Positions 37,016 through 45,867 of a stretch of 64,000 bases of DNA are shown here, one piece after another. The notes under the pieces were generated by a model. That model saw nothing but the letters and a program-made list of their open reading frames with translations, was not told where the DNA came from and did not search any database. Position 1 is the stretch's first letter, and every line of letters starts with the position of its first letter. Origin of the DNA: an uncultured Candidatus Saccharibacteria bacterium (GTDB taxonomy: Bacteria; Patescibacteriota; Saccharimonadia; CAILAD01; CAZGYV01); NCBI GenBank assembly GCA_964530725.1, contig CAZGYV010000002.1, positions 26,046-90,045 on the forward strand, in the 5' to 3' direction. The translations under genes and the position numbers were made by a program.

Positions 37016-37450
37016 ATGATGGGCTTGGTTCCGCCAACCGAAAAGCAGATCGCCTACGCAAATAGCTTGGGGATCAAGCACCCCGAGCTACTGACCAAGG
37101 ACGAGCTGTCTCGGGCAATCGATCAGGCGCAGTGGCGGCTCGACTCGCTCGAAAAGCACAAGGAGCTGCTTGGAATTGCCAAACGGCTAGGAGTTGAAAT
37201 CCCGCCGCGGGCAACCTCCAGGCAACTCCATTACCTCATTCGCGAGGCAGTTCCACGGGAGCTTAGCCGCAAGGGCATCATCGAGGGGCAATACGTGACC
37301 TACTCCCGACATGGCGTCTGCCTGGTCGAGAAGTATCATGCCTCCTCGCAGACGATCATCCTGCGGCCAGTCTCTGGTCGCCCCAAAGCACTGACGCTCG
37401 AGGCTCGGCTAGTGGCAATCCACGCCAAAGCCTGCGAGCCGCCGAAGTAA
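37016..37450 (+). CDS. Hypothetical protein with two ~30-aa internal repeats (GC-rich cassette)
   Basis: AAGGAG RBS then ATGATG. Repeats AYANSLGIKHPELLTKDELSRAIDQA and GIAKRLGVEIPPRATSRQLHYLIREA. This is the C-terminal part of track ORF 36494..37450. Confidence 0.4.
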   Translation: MMGLVPPTEKQIAYANSLGIKHPELLTKDELSRAIDQAQWRLDSLEKHKELLGIAKRLGVEIPPRATSRQLHYLIREAVPRELSRKGIIEGQYVTYSRHGVCLVEKYHASSQTIILRPVSGRPKALTLEARLVAIHAKACEPPK

Positions 37451-37558
37451 ACTCCCCCAGCCCCCAACTTATTCCTTTTTGGGATGGGTTGGGGCGCTCC
37501 CCTTAAGTCATCAAACTTTTGATAGTTTAAGCCGGGGCGAGCTATAATAACTATCGTA

Positions 37559-38908
37559 ATGAAGCAAATTATCACTAAGACTAAAAAGGCCATTAAGCCG
37601 ATCTTGCGGCCTTTGCTCAATCAAGACGTTGTCAATGCCCTGCACTATCCCGAGGCATTAATTGCCGCTCGCCAGGCCCAGCAACCGACCCGCGACATGA
37701 TCGTCATCGGCATTGTTGGCTCCAAGGGCAAAACGACGACGGCCAACATGCTATGGTCGATCTTGCAAGCCTCAGGCCACAAAACTGGCCTGATCGGCAC
37801 TGCCAACATCCGCGTCGGCGACCACGAGGAACTGAATAAATACCACATGACCATGCCCGAGTCATTGGCTCTACAACAAATATTCGCTCGCATGAAAAAA
37901 AGTGATTGCCGCTACGTCGTGCTCGAAGTGCCATCCGAGGGCCAGACCCAGTGGCGCCACATTGGCATTCACTTCGACCTGCTGCTTTTCACTAATGTCA
38001 CTCGCGAGCTGATGGCCAGCCACAAATATTCCCAAGACATTTTGCACCAGCACAACAGCCGGGTTTTCAAATACCTCAAGCGCACTAAAAAGAAGCGTTT
38101 TGACGGCGAGAAGATCGCCAAAACCATCGTTGCCAACGCTGACGCGGCTGATTTTAGCCGTTATTTCAGCTATCCAGCCGAGCATAAATATAGCTTTAGT
38201 ATTCGTAAAAAAAGTGACTTTCGAGCTGAGCACATAAAAAGTACAGCCAGCGGTACCAGCTTTAGCCTGCGCGGCCAAGAGTACGCGATCAACATCGCCG
38301 GGCCGATCAACGTCATCAATGCCACTGGCGCGATTGCGGCGGCGGCCAGCCTTGGCCTTGAGCCAGCCGTAATCGCCCGCGGGCTAGAAAATCTCAAATC
38401 AATCCCCGGTCGAATGGAGGTGATTGAAGCTGGACAGTCATTTAGAGTCATTGTCGATTACGCTCACGAAGAGACCAGCATGACGGCGCTGATGGAAGCG
38501 GGAAAATCGATGCGGCAGGCAGGCTCTAAAATTATCACCCTGCTGGGTGCCGAGGGCGGTGGCCGCGATGAGAAAAAGCGCCCCATTATGGGCAAGATCG
38601 CTGCTAGTACGAGCGACTACGTCGTGATTAGCAATGTCGACCCCTACGATGATGATCCAGCAACTATTATCGAAACCATTGCCGCCGGTGCACGCACTGC
38701 TGGCAAGATCGAGGACAAGAATTTATTTTGCATCGAGGATCGGCGGGCAGGAATTAACAAAGCCCTGTCGCTTGCCGCGGGCGATGATATCGTGCTCATT
38801 ACCGGCAAAGGCTCGGAGCAGTCAATGGTAATTGGCGATAAAAAACTGCCCTGGGATGATCGCCAGGTCGTGCGCGAAGAACTCGAAAAAATTGTCAAAA
38901 CGAATTAA
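37559..38908 (+). CDS. murE: Mur ligase family protein, MurE-like (UDP-MurNAc-tripeptide synthetase)
   Basis: P-loop GIVGSKGKTTT and motifs LEVPSEG, DYAHEE, GAEGGGRDEKKR and ITGKGSEQ. Own TTGATA/TATAAT promoter. Confidence 0.7.
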   Translation: MKQIITKTKKAIKPILRPLLNQDVVNALHYPEALIAARQAQQPTRDMIVIGIVGSKGKTTTANMLWSILQASGHKTGLIGTANIRVGDHEELNKYHMTMPESLALQQIFARMKKSDCRYVVLEVPSEGQTQWRHIGIHFDLLLFTNVTRELMASHKYSQDILHQHNSRVFKYLKRTKKKRFDGEKIAKTIVANADAADFSRYFSYPAEHKYSFSIRKKSDFRAEHIKSTASGTSFSLRGQEYAINIAGPINVINATGAIAAAASLGLEPAVIARGLENLKSIPGRMEVIEAGQSFRVIVDYAHEETSMTALMEAGKSMRQAGSKIITLLGAEGGGRDEKKRPIMGKIAASTSDYVVISNVDPYDDDPATIIETIAAGARTAGKIEDKNLFCIEDRRAGINKALSLAAGDDIVLITGKGSEQSMVIGDKKLPWDDRQVVREELEKIVKTN

Positions 38909-38951
38909 CAAAAATATTGATTTTAGCTCAAATTAATAGTATAATATACTC

Positions 38952-39710
38952 ATGAGAATTACCGAGCTGGCTGAGAAATTAGAGCATTTTGGCCTCAGAG
39001 AGAAAGAAGCAAAAGTCTACCTTGCTTCTTTATTTTTGGGCCCTTCGAGCGTGCAAAAAATCGCTCAAGAAGCCGGCATCAACCGCGCCACCACCTATGT
39101 CGTGCTCGATTCCCTGGCCGAAAACGGCTTAATCTCCCAGTCGCATGAGGGCAAGAAAACCGTCTTTGTCGCCGAAGAGCCGCAGGCTATCGAGAAGCTA
39201 CTGGAGCGTCAGCAAAGGCAAATCGCCGACAACCACCGAGCACTCAGAGAACTACTGCCACGACTAGACGAAATAAGTCGCGTTGCTAAGCCGGGCGCGC
39301 CAGTGGTGCGATTTTACAAGGGTGTCGAGGGAATTTTCAACTCCTTTGACCACGCCCTGCGCCACTCGCCAGCCAAATCGACCATCCTTGGCATTAGCAA
39401 TTACGACGCCGCTCAAAAATACTACGCTGGGCGGGTCTTCAAAGAAAAACCTAAGCGATTAAAGAAAAAAATTTCTTACAAACTACTCTATTCGTCAGCC
39501 AGCGAATCCTATCCGTCAGACAAAAAGAAACTGCGCGAGACTATTCGCCTGGAGACGCCATTTAAGGCCGACATCACCATCTATGATCGTCATGTCTGCT
39601 TTGTCACCTATGACGAAAACGAACCGATCGCGACCATGATCGATAATGCCGACATCGCAGGCGTGATGGCCCAGCTCTTCGAGCTGATCTGGCAAGACCG
39701 CCAAGCCTAA
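38952..39710 (+). CDS. TrmB-family transcriptional regulator
   Basis: N-terminal winged HTH LGLREKEAKVYLASLFLGPSSVQKIAQEAGINRATTYVVLDSLAENGLI and a C-terminal TrmB-type domain. Confidence 0.65.
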   Translation: MRITELAEKLEHFGLREKEAKVYLASLFLGPSSVQKIAQEAGINRATTYVVLDSLAENGLISQSHEGKKTVFVAEEPQAIEKLLERQQRQIADNHRALRELLPRLDEISRVAKPGAPVVRFYKGVEGIFNSFDHALRHSPAKSTILGISNYDAAQKYYAGRVFKEKPKRLKKKISYKLLYSSASESYPSDKKKLRETIRLETPFKADITIYDRHVCFVTYDENEPIATMIDNADIAGVMAQLFELIWQDRQA

Positions 39711-39724
39711 ACTGTCAACTTAGT

Positions 39725-39752
39725 TTGACAAAACATACGAAAATGCTATTAT
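39725..39752 (+). promoter_or_regulatory. sigma70-like promoter of the large ncRNA candidate
   Basis: TTGACA-16/17 nt-TATTAT. Confidence 0.45.
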
Positions 39753-39759
39753 TTTATTA

Positions 39760-40265
39760 TCCGCTGCCCTAGAGTAGCGGCGCCCTATCCCTACCCAAGG
39801 GAGTAAACATGAGGTTAACAAAGGTGGGTGGCGACTCGTAGTCGTCGTTTCGATCTAAGAAGCGTTAAGCTGATTTTCAAGGCATCTATCAGGCCAGAGA
39901 TGGCATGATAGCAATTATTTAGGTGGCAAGCCTTGAAGCCAGCTGCTGCCGAGTGGATGCCTTAAGCCTTCCCTGCCCCCATAAGCGTCTAATGGCGCCA
40001 GGGCAGATGTGGCGAAAAAGGAGTGGCAACCACGAGCAAAAGCTTCGATGAGTGATTGAGACACGATAGTCGTCACATCATAGAGCAGTAACTGGCGCGA
40101 TGAGCTAAAAGCGCCTGCCAACAAGATTGGCAGTGCGAAAAGCCCAAGCGCGCCGACTCCTCAAGAAAGCGAGCCACCCGCTAACAAAAGTGCTTTGACG
40201 GCAGCACTCCGAAATGCCGTCTCACTTAGCAGCCTTATCGACCTTGTTGTCGATAGGCTGTTTTT
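39760..40265 (+). ncRNA. ~500-nt structured non-coding RNA candidate of unknown class, promoter- and terminator-bounded
   Basis: No + ORF of 60 aa or more and no RBS-led ORF. Ends in the terminator ccttatcgac-cttgtt-gtcgatagg-ctgTTTTT (40233-40265). Long-range complementarity GGUGGGUGGC (~39835) / GCCACCCGCU (~40190), and the 5' GCUGCC pairs with the 3' GGCAGC. Several internal hairpins. Confidence 0.45.
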
Positions 40266-40364
40266 ACATACCCAAGTCGATATTTATGTTAATTATTTTT
40301 GACTGTTTTATAGGTGTTTTATTAAGATTATTTAACTTTTTTATGATTTTTTTGTCAATTTTAC

Positions 40365-40393
40365 TTGACAGTTTTTTGATAGTTAATTATACT
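40365..40393 (+). promoter_or_regulatory. sigma70-like promoter upstream of the small-peptide cluster
   Basis: TTGACA-17 nt-TATACT. The downstream leader has G/C-rich hairpins (ggaggggttggttg...cagccgaacccctcc). Confidence 0.45.
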
Positions 40394-40580
40394 CTTATTA
40401 TCTATCGCAAATGATAGAGTACGTTGACCGAAACGGAGGGGTTGGTTGAAAACTAAAAAACCAGCCGAACCCCTCCCCTCTCCAGGGGAGGAGGTGGATA
40501 TAGATCCGCTCACAACCGGACCGTGGTTGTGATGTTAGTAGCTCTTTAGTTAGCCACAGGCACTACGAAAGGATGCCAAA

Positions 40581-40760
40581 ATGTGTGATGACCTAGAAGA
40601 AACTCCTCCTGATACAGGCACAAACATCTGTGACCTATCAGATATTTCCACTGGCAGTCCAAGAGACTACGCCGGTGGAGATTGTAACGACGACAACGTG
40701 GGCTTCTTCGAGCCCAGACGAGCCGTAGAACGACAAGGAGCGCTCGCGAGAGCGGCGTAA
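40581..40760 (+). CDS. Small acidic Cys-containing peptide (59 aa), first of three tandem small ORFs
   Basis: MCDDLEETPPDTGTNICDLSDISTGSPRDYAGGDCNDDNVGFFEPRRAVERQGALARAA. Below the 60-aa track threshold, found by reading. Confidence 0.35.
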   Translation: MCDDLEETPPDTGTNICDLSDISTGSPRDYAGGDCNDDNVGFFEPRRAVERQGALARAA

Positions 40761-40761
40761 A

Positions 40762-40857
40762 ATGTTGCCCTGTCCAGAAGATGGGCTATGGTGCAGTCCT
40801 GGCCCAGACGACATCGAGGAATTCTTCCCGACAGAAGGAGGAAGCGATCCTCTCTAA
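40762..40857 (+). CDS. Small acidic Cys-containing peptide (31 aa)
   Basis: MLPCPEDGLWCSPGPDDIEEFFPTEGGSDPL. Starts 1 nt after the previous stop. Shares the EEFFP/GFFEP motif with the first peptide. Confidence 0.3.
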   Translation: MLPCPEDGLWCSPGPDDIEEFFPTEGGSDPL

Positions 40858-40895
40858 CCAGACATGTTAGTATCGCCTACTACAAGGAGATAAAA

Positions 40896-40985
40896 ATGGC
40901 TGACGTCGAATACGACAACGGCACCGGCGAGATGGACGAGTGGGACGGAGCCAACTGGGGCTTCGGCGGCTCTTCCCCTAAGTGA
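40896..40985 (+). CDS. Small acidic peptide (29 aa) with a strong RBS
   Basis: AAGGAG-7 nt-ATG. Product MADVEYDNGTGEMDEWDGANWGFGGSSPK. It is the C-terminal part of track ORF 40788..40985. Confidence 0.4.
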   Translation: MADVEYDNGTGEMDEWDGANWGFGGSSPK

Positions 40986-41011
40986 CCAAGTAGTCACCGG
41001 TTAATTACCAC

Positions 41012-41047
41012 GGACACGAGACAAGAACTCGTGTCCGTTTTTATTTT
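41012..41047 (+). terminator. Intrinsic terminator after the small-peptide cluster
   Basis: ggacacgag-acaagaa-ctcgtgtcc followed by GTTTTTATTTT. Confidence 0.55.
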
Positions 41048-41171
41048 CCTCTTGATACCTATAAGCATTAATGGTATAATGTGGATTGTAATATCGGCAT
41101 GTGACGTTTTGGGACAACTTCTCAAAAAACAGCACAACCGGATTGGCACCACAACCTGGGAGGTAAAGACA

Positions 41172-41390
41172 ATGGAGGGCATCCAATTGGATGTGAGTTG
41201 GCCGCTGCTCGTGACCGCCGTCGTCGGCATCATCACGCTCTGGTCGGTCTTGACGGGCCTGAAGGAGCACGAGCTGCGTAAGTACCGTGCTGCCCAGGAA
41301 GAGACCCAAGCTCGCTACGAGGAGCTCGAACGTCTCCACTTCCAACCCCATCCACCCCAACCCACCCATCGTCTCAAGTCGGTGGGGTAA
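41172..41390 (+). CDS. Small single-TM membrane protein (72 aa)
   Basis: GGGAGG RBS. Product MEGIQLDVSWPLLVTAVVGIITLWSVLTGLKEHELRKYRAAQEETQARYEELERLHFQPHPPQPTHRLKSVG. Followed by a two-hairpin terminator (41407-41503). Confidence 0.45.
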   Translation: MEGIQLDVSWPLLVTAVVGIITLWSVLTGLKEHELRKYRAAQEETQARYEELERLHFQPHPPQPTHRLKSVG

Positions 41391-41462
41391 AAAAAAGGAT
41401 CGTTTGGTAGTCGGGCATTCGCTGCAATGCCAAATAGCCGCCCGGCTACCAAGCACAAAAAA

Positions 41463-41503
41463 CCAGCCTCACAAAATCACAAGTGGCTGGTTTACTTTTT
41501 TTA
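41463..41503 (+). terminator. Intrinsic terminator after the small membrane protein gene
   Basis: ccagcc-loop-ggctgg followed by TTTACTTTTTTTATT. Preceded by a second hairpin ggtagtcggg...cccggctacc. Confidence 0.5.
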
Positions 41504-41671
41504 TTAAGATTAAGTCGGATGCCCCAGCTAATGCTTGCCTTTTAGCAAGTTATCAGCTGAGGCATCGTGCGACCCTTCAGTTTGTTTTTGTTTCTCCTTG
41601 GTTTGGGTGTTGAAACTTGTAACAATCGAAGGATCGAGGGAGTTTTTATCTTGTCACTTCACCAACCCGTG

Positions 41672-41899
41672 TTAGTCGTCTGACGACATGATGATGGCTG
41701 GTGACTTGTCTTCGGCACACGGACCGGTGTAGAAAGCCACACTCAGCCCGACGGCGCTGCTAGACATGATCATACCGTGGTGACAATGAACGTGATGGCT
41801 GACCTCGTCGTCGACCGCGCTGCGCATAGCGCGCATGGCGGACGCTTGATCGGGTAACCCTGAGGCGATATCGCCTTCGACCGTGGTGACCTTGAACAC
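41672..41899 (-). CDS. Small hypothetical His/Cys-rich ORF
   Basis: 75 aa with HHVHCHHG. GTG start, no clear RBS. Confidence 0.2.
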   Translation of the reverse strand: MFKVTTVEGDIASGLPDQASAMRAMRSAVDDEVSHHVHCHHGMIMSSSAVGLSVAFYTGPCAEDKSPAIIMSSDD

Positions 41900-42032
41900 G
41901 GGCGCGCACCCCCTTTTGGGATTTCTGAACTCCAGACTAATAGTACACCCACCAAATTATTTTGCAAGAGATAAAATTCAAAGGTATTTTAAGCCTGAAA
42001 AATCTCTCGATAGAGCGTAAGAAATATAAAAA

Positions 42033-42350
42033 TTATTGGCGATGATTTTTTTGAGTTCGCTTCGATTTTCGGCGCAGAACAAGTCGCGATCGTTCGCCGC
42101 GGCGATAGCTAACCATCACTAAAACCACCGACATAATGACGACAAACGGCAAACTAGCCAGCAGCGTCTCGGCGATCGGGCGCGAGTAGTCATCGATACT
42201 GACTACGTAGGTGATAAGAACAGTCAAACAAACCGCCACAAACAACCAGCCCCGCCAGGTCGACGGCGCAAAGCCCCAGCCAAAGCGCTTGTTCTTAAAC
42301 CAGACTTTGCGGCCAAATATATGATTTTTTGCTGTCATTCGCGCATCCAA
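42033..42350 (-). CDS. Hypothetical two-TM membrane protein
   Basis: KNHIFGRKVWFKNKRFGWGFAPSTWRGW followed by two hydrophobic helices and a basic C-terminus. Confidence 0.5.
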   Translation of the reverse strand: MDARMTAKNHIFGRKVWFKNKRFGWGFAPSTWRGWLFVAVCLTVLITYVVSIDDYSRPIAETLLASLPFVVIMSVVLVMVSYRRGERSRLVLRRKSKRTQKNHRQ

Positions 42351-42474
42351 AAGCTTATGCTTATCATTGTAACTTAGCCTATAGCGGGCTGGCTAGCCCA
42401 TCACGCTTGTCCTTGCTTTTTAGAGCCTATTTATGCCATAATTTCATATCCGTCTCAGGGAAGAAGAATAGAAA

Positions 42475-43269
42475 ATGATTCGAGCGAGTCGTGACTATTT
42501 GCTGCCGGGCGAGGTGGCCAAGCTGCTTTTCGTCAGCCCTAAAACGATTAGCCGCTGGGCAGACAAGGGATATCTGCCTTACGCCCTAACACCCGAGGGT
42601 CATCGTCGCTTCGACAGGGTTGAGATTTACAGAATTCGCGACGAACTAACTGGTGGCAAACCTAAGCAAGCTCCAAAGGGCACTGAGAGCCAGTCGTCGA
42701 ACCTGCCCATCCTGCTTCTGACCGGGCCGTCGGGCGTCGGCAAGGATACGGTGCTCAGAGCGCTCATCAAGCACCATCCATCGAGGTTGGCCGGAATGGT
42801 CTCGGCCACGACACGGCAACCAAGGAAGGGCGAATGTGACGGTAGGGACTACTTTTTTATCAAAGAGTCTGAATTTCGGCTGATGGAGGCGGCTGGCGAA
42901 TTCGTTGAAACTACCAGATTCAATGGTGTTCGCTACGGCACACCAAAAAGCGAGCTTGACCGCATCAGCAGGGACGGCAAGCAAGCCATTCTGTGCTGCG
43001 ACACGGCCGGTGTCGATAACCTGATCGCGCTCGGCGTGTCATTTCGAGCCGTTTTCCTCGATGTCACAACCCGTGTCCAGGCCCAGCGCATATGCACGCG
43101 CGATCCTCAGATCAGCGAAGCCGAGCTCAACGGACGGCTGCTGAGATCGAGTGATGAGAAAGCCTGGCTCGGACACCGTATCGGGCACCTACCAATTTGG
43201 CCGGTGACAAACAACGGCGAGCTTGAAGAAACCCTGCGGCGGGTCGAGGAGATCTTCGACTTGGCTTAA
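42475..43269 (+). CDS. gmk: Fusion protein: N-terminal excisionase/MerR-type HTH plus guanylate kinase
   Basis: Residues 10-60 LLPGEVAKLLFVSPKTISRWADKGYLPYALTPEGHRRFDRVEI form an HTH_17/excisionase-like domain. Then the Gmk P-loop LLLTGPSGVGKDT, SATTRQPRKGECDGRDYFFI and the GMP-binding region. Confidence 0.7.
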   Translation: MIRASRDYLLPGEVAKLLFVSPKTISRWADKGYLPYALTPEGHRRFDRVEIYRIRDELTGGKPKQAPKGTESQSSNLPILLLTGPSGVGKDTVLRALIKHHPSRLAGMVSATTRQPRKGECDGRDYFFIKESEFRLMEAAGEFVETTRFNGVRYGTPKSELDRISRDGKQAILCCDTAGVDNLIALGVSFRAVFLDVTTRVQAQRICTRDPQISEAELNGRLLRSSDEKAWLGHRIGHLPIWPVTNNGELEETLRRVEEIFDLA

Positions 43270-43320
43270 GGGCGAACGACCCGACAACGAGCCCTAACTG
43301 TCTTGTAATAGCATAGATGG

Positions 43321-44340
43321 TTAGGGCTCTAGCTTTTTTCGCTCTGTCATAAACCGCGTCAAAATCACCCGCGCCTGTTCGCAAGTGCTAGTTTCCATCA
43401 GTTCAGCCCGCACTTTAGCAGCACCGTCAAAGCCGTTGACATAGATTTTGAAAAATTTTTTTAATGGCTCGTAGCGCTTTATGCCCTGCCACTGCCGTTC
43501 GTGTAAATCTAGATGATTAAGGAGCAGTTCAAAGCGCGCCGTCGCCGTATGCTCACACTCGCTCGTATCAAAAATAAAAATATTATGAAATATACCGCGG
43601 CCAATCATCACGCCGTCCACTCCGGTTTGCTCGGCCAGCTCCTCCCCTTGCGCCAGGCTTGCCACATCGCCATTGCCAATAATAATCGTCTGCGGTGCGA
43701 TCTGATCACGTAATTTAACCACTTTGGCGATTTCGTCCCAATGAGCCGGTACTTTACTCATTTCCTTAGCCGTACGCCCGTGGATGGTCAGTGCGGCGAT
43801 GCCTTGCTCCAACAGCAAGCTCGCCCACTCCTCAGTAATGATTTTGTCGTAACCAAGCCTCGTTTTGACGCTAACCGGTAACTTACCAGCGCCGCGCTTG
43901 ACGGCTGCGATAATTTCCACCGCCCGCTCTGGCTGCCGGATCATACCGGCACCGCAGCCGTTCTTGACGATGTTTTTCTCCGGACAACCCATGTTGATAT
44001 CAACGCCGTCAAAGCCAAGTTGGACGACACGAGCGGCCAAAGCTTCGTAGTGCACCGGGTCTTTACCCCAAATCTGAGCTATCAATGGACGTTCGCTGCT
44101 GCCAAAGCGCAATTTGGGCTCGACCACCTCTTCGCCGCCGCGCACATAAGCATCGGCATTGATAAATTCAGTGAAAAACAAGTCGGGCTGACCGGCTTTG
44201 GCGACAATCTGGCGAAAAACCGTATCAGTCACATCATCAAGCGGCGCCAGCGCAAAAAATGGCTTTTTAGCAAGTTTTAGTGTTTGCCAAATATTACTCA
44301 TAAGTGCCATATTATAGCCAAAATTTACCGATTTTTCCAC
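43321..44340 (-). CDS. dus: tRNA-dihydrouridine synthase (Dus family)
   Basis: PLDDVTDTVFRQIVAKAG, the NMGCPEKNIVKNGCGAGM catalytic Cys loop, and TIM-barrel length of 339 aa. Confidence 0.8.
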   Translation of the reverse strand: MEKSVNFGYNMALMSNIWQTLKLAKKPFFALAPLDDVTDTVFRQIVAKAGQPDLFFTEFINADAYVRGGEEVVEPKLRFGSSERPLIAQIWGKDPVHYEALAARVVQLGFDGVDINMGCPEKNIVKNGCGAGMIRQPERAVEIIAAVKRGAGKLPVSVKTRLGYDKIITEEWASLLLEQGIAALTIHGRTAKEMSKVPAHWDEIAKVVKLRDQIAPQTIIIGNGDVASLAQGEELAEQTGVDGVMIGRGIFHNIFIFDTSECEHTATARFELLLNHLDLHERQWQGIKRYEPLKKFFKIYVNGFDGAAKVRAELMETSTCEQARVILTRFMTERKKLEP

Positions 44341-44425
44341 CCCTCATGGCATGGCTTCTTGATACCAAAAGTAATTTTTATTTTTAAGCCATTTATAAAG
44401 TTTTCACGTATAATATAAACTGCTA

Positions 44426-45865
44426 ATGAAGAAAAAAGACCTCAAAGAAGTACCGGAGCCGGACTTTGTTTACGATCCGGAAGATGACAAACCAAAGGTA
44501 AAGTCGCGCGACGTGTCAAACAAGCCAATTTTTACAGCCCCCGAAATAGTTCCCGAAAAATCACCTCGAGCTAAGCGGCGTTTTACGCGTTGGCTGAAAA
44601 TCTTGGGCGGGCTGGCCGTAGTCGCGCTAATAGTAGTCGCGGCCTACATGCTCACTCACGTCAGCAAAATCAGCTCCAACCCCTTCGCGGTTGGTAAGCT
44701 CAAGGGCGAGGCAGAGGGTAGAATTAATATCTTACTGCTTGGCATCGGCGATCCGGGGCACGCCGGCGAAACGCTCGCCGATACCAACATGGTGGTCAGC
44801 ATCAATACGCGCAGCAACGAAGTCGCTATGATTTCCATCCCGCGCGACACCAGAGTCCAAATTCCGGGCTATGGTTACAACAAAATCAATCAAGCTCACG
44901 CTGACGGTTTTCGTAATAAGGGCGATCAGGGCGGCATTGATCTTGCCCGCGAAACGGTAGAAGGTACGCTTGATTTACCAATTCACTACCACGTCAGGGC
45001 CAATTTCTCCGGCCTCAAGCAAGTTGTCGACGCGGTTGGTGGTATTGATATCAACGTCAAAGAGCCGCTCTACGATCCAGAATTCCCGTGTGACAAAAAC
45101 CAATATCTCAACTGCGGCTTCAAGCTCAAAGCTGGCCAACAGCACATGAATGGCACGACGGCGCTCAAATACGCTCGCTGCCGCAAAGGCACTTGCGGCG
45201 ATGATTTTGGCCGAGCAATGCGGCAGCAGGAAGTATTGCAGGCAGTCCGCGCCAAGGCCTTGTCAGGCGAGACGCTCGTCAACCCTGGCAAAGTTAACTC
45301 TCTGATGAACGCTGTCTCAAGCAACATTAAAACCGACCTCTCGGTCAATAACATCACTCGTCTAATCGACATGAGCAAGAAGATCGACCAGAGCAAAACT
45401 ATCAACGTCGTCTTCTCAACCAAGCCCAATGGCTTTCTCAAACAATCAACCGTCAGCTCAGACTTAGTTCCAGTCGACGGAACTTTCACAGCCATTCGAG
45501 AATTTACGAAAAATATTTTTACAGTTGGGCCTATCTGGTCAGAAGAACCAACCATCGTGATCGAGAACGGCACTACCACGGTTGGTGTCGGCAATAAATT
45601 TAGCAAGCAGCTGACCGCTTCGAGCCCCTACATCACGATCGTGACCGTCACCAACGCCCTCAAACGCGACTACAGTGTCAGTAAAATCATCGACCACACC
45701 AACGGCAAAAAACCGCGCACGGCCGCCTACCTGGAGGGGCTGCTGCACGTCAAACCGGCAGCGCCAGAAACTCCGGTCAAGTTCCCGCCAGCCGACTTTG
45801 AAATTATTCTCGGCAACGACTTCGCAGCCAGTGTCACTTCACCAAGCCCGACTCCCGCGAGATAA
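44426..45865 (+). CDS. LytR-CpsA-Psr (LCP) family cell-envelope phosphotransferase with an N-terminal TM anchor
   Basis: INILLLGIGDPGHAGETLADTNMVVSINTRSNEVAMISIPRDTRVQIPGYGYNKINQAHADG LCP core, plus a C-terminal LytR_C-like domain. Confidence 0.8.
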   Translation: MKKKDLKEVPEPDFVYDPEDDKPKVKSRDVSNKPIFTAPEIVPEKSPRAKRRFTRWLKILGGLAVVALIVVAAYMLTHVSKISSNPFAVGKLKGEAEGRINILLLGIGDPGHAGETLADTNMVVSINTRSNEVAMISIPRDTRVQIPGYGYNKINQAHADGFRNKGDQGGIDLARETVEGTLDLPIHYHVRANFSGLKQVVDAVGGIDINVKEPLYDPEFPCDKNQYLNCGFKLKAGQQHMNGTTALKYARCRKGTCGDDFGRAMRQQEVLQAVRAKALSGETLVNPGKVNSLMNAVSSNIKTDLSVNNITRLIDMSKKIDQSKTINVVFSTKPNGFLKQSTVSSDLVPVDGTFTAIREFTKNIFTVGPIWSEEPTIVIENGTTTVGVGNKFSKQLTASSPYITIVTVTNALKRDYSVSKIIDHTNGKKPRTAAYLEGLLHVKPAAPETPVKFPPADFEIILGNDFAASVTSPSPTPAR

Positions 45866-45867
45866 CT

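Noticed and set aside
36494-37450. 318-aa track ORF spanning the GC-rich cassette
   Set aside because: Its first ~170 codons are an Arg-rich out-of-frame read through gene 36519..36893. Only the C-terminal part from the ATG at 37016, which has an AAGGAG RBS, looks genuine.
39760-40265. tmRNA hypothesis for the + strand large RNA
   Set aside because: Only a weak UUUCGAUC resemblance to the tmRNA 5' GGAUUCGAC, no tRNA-like 3' end before the terminator, and no tag ORF.
40214-40414. 66-aa AT-rich + ORF
   Set aside because: It lies across a terminator T-tract and an AT-rich promoter region (TTGACA/TATACT). It is hydrophobic junk from poly-T/A translation.
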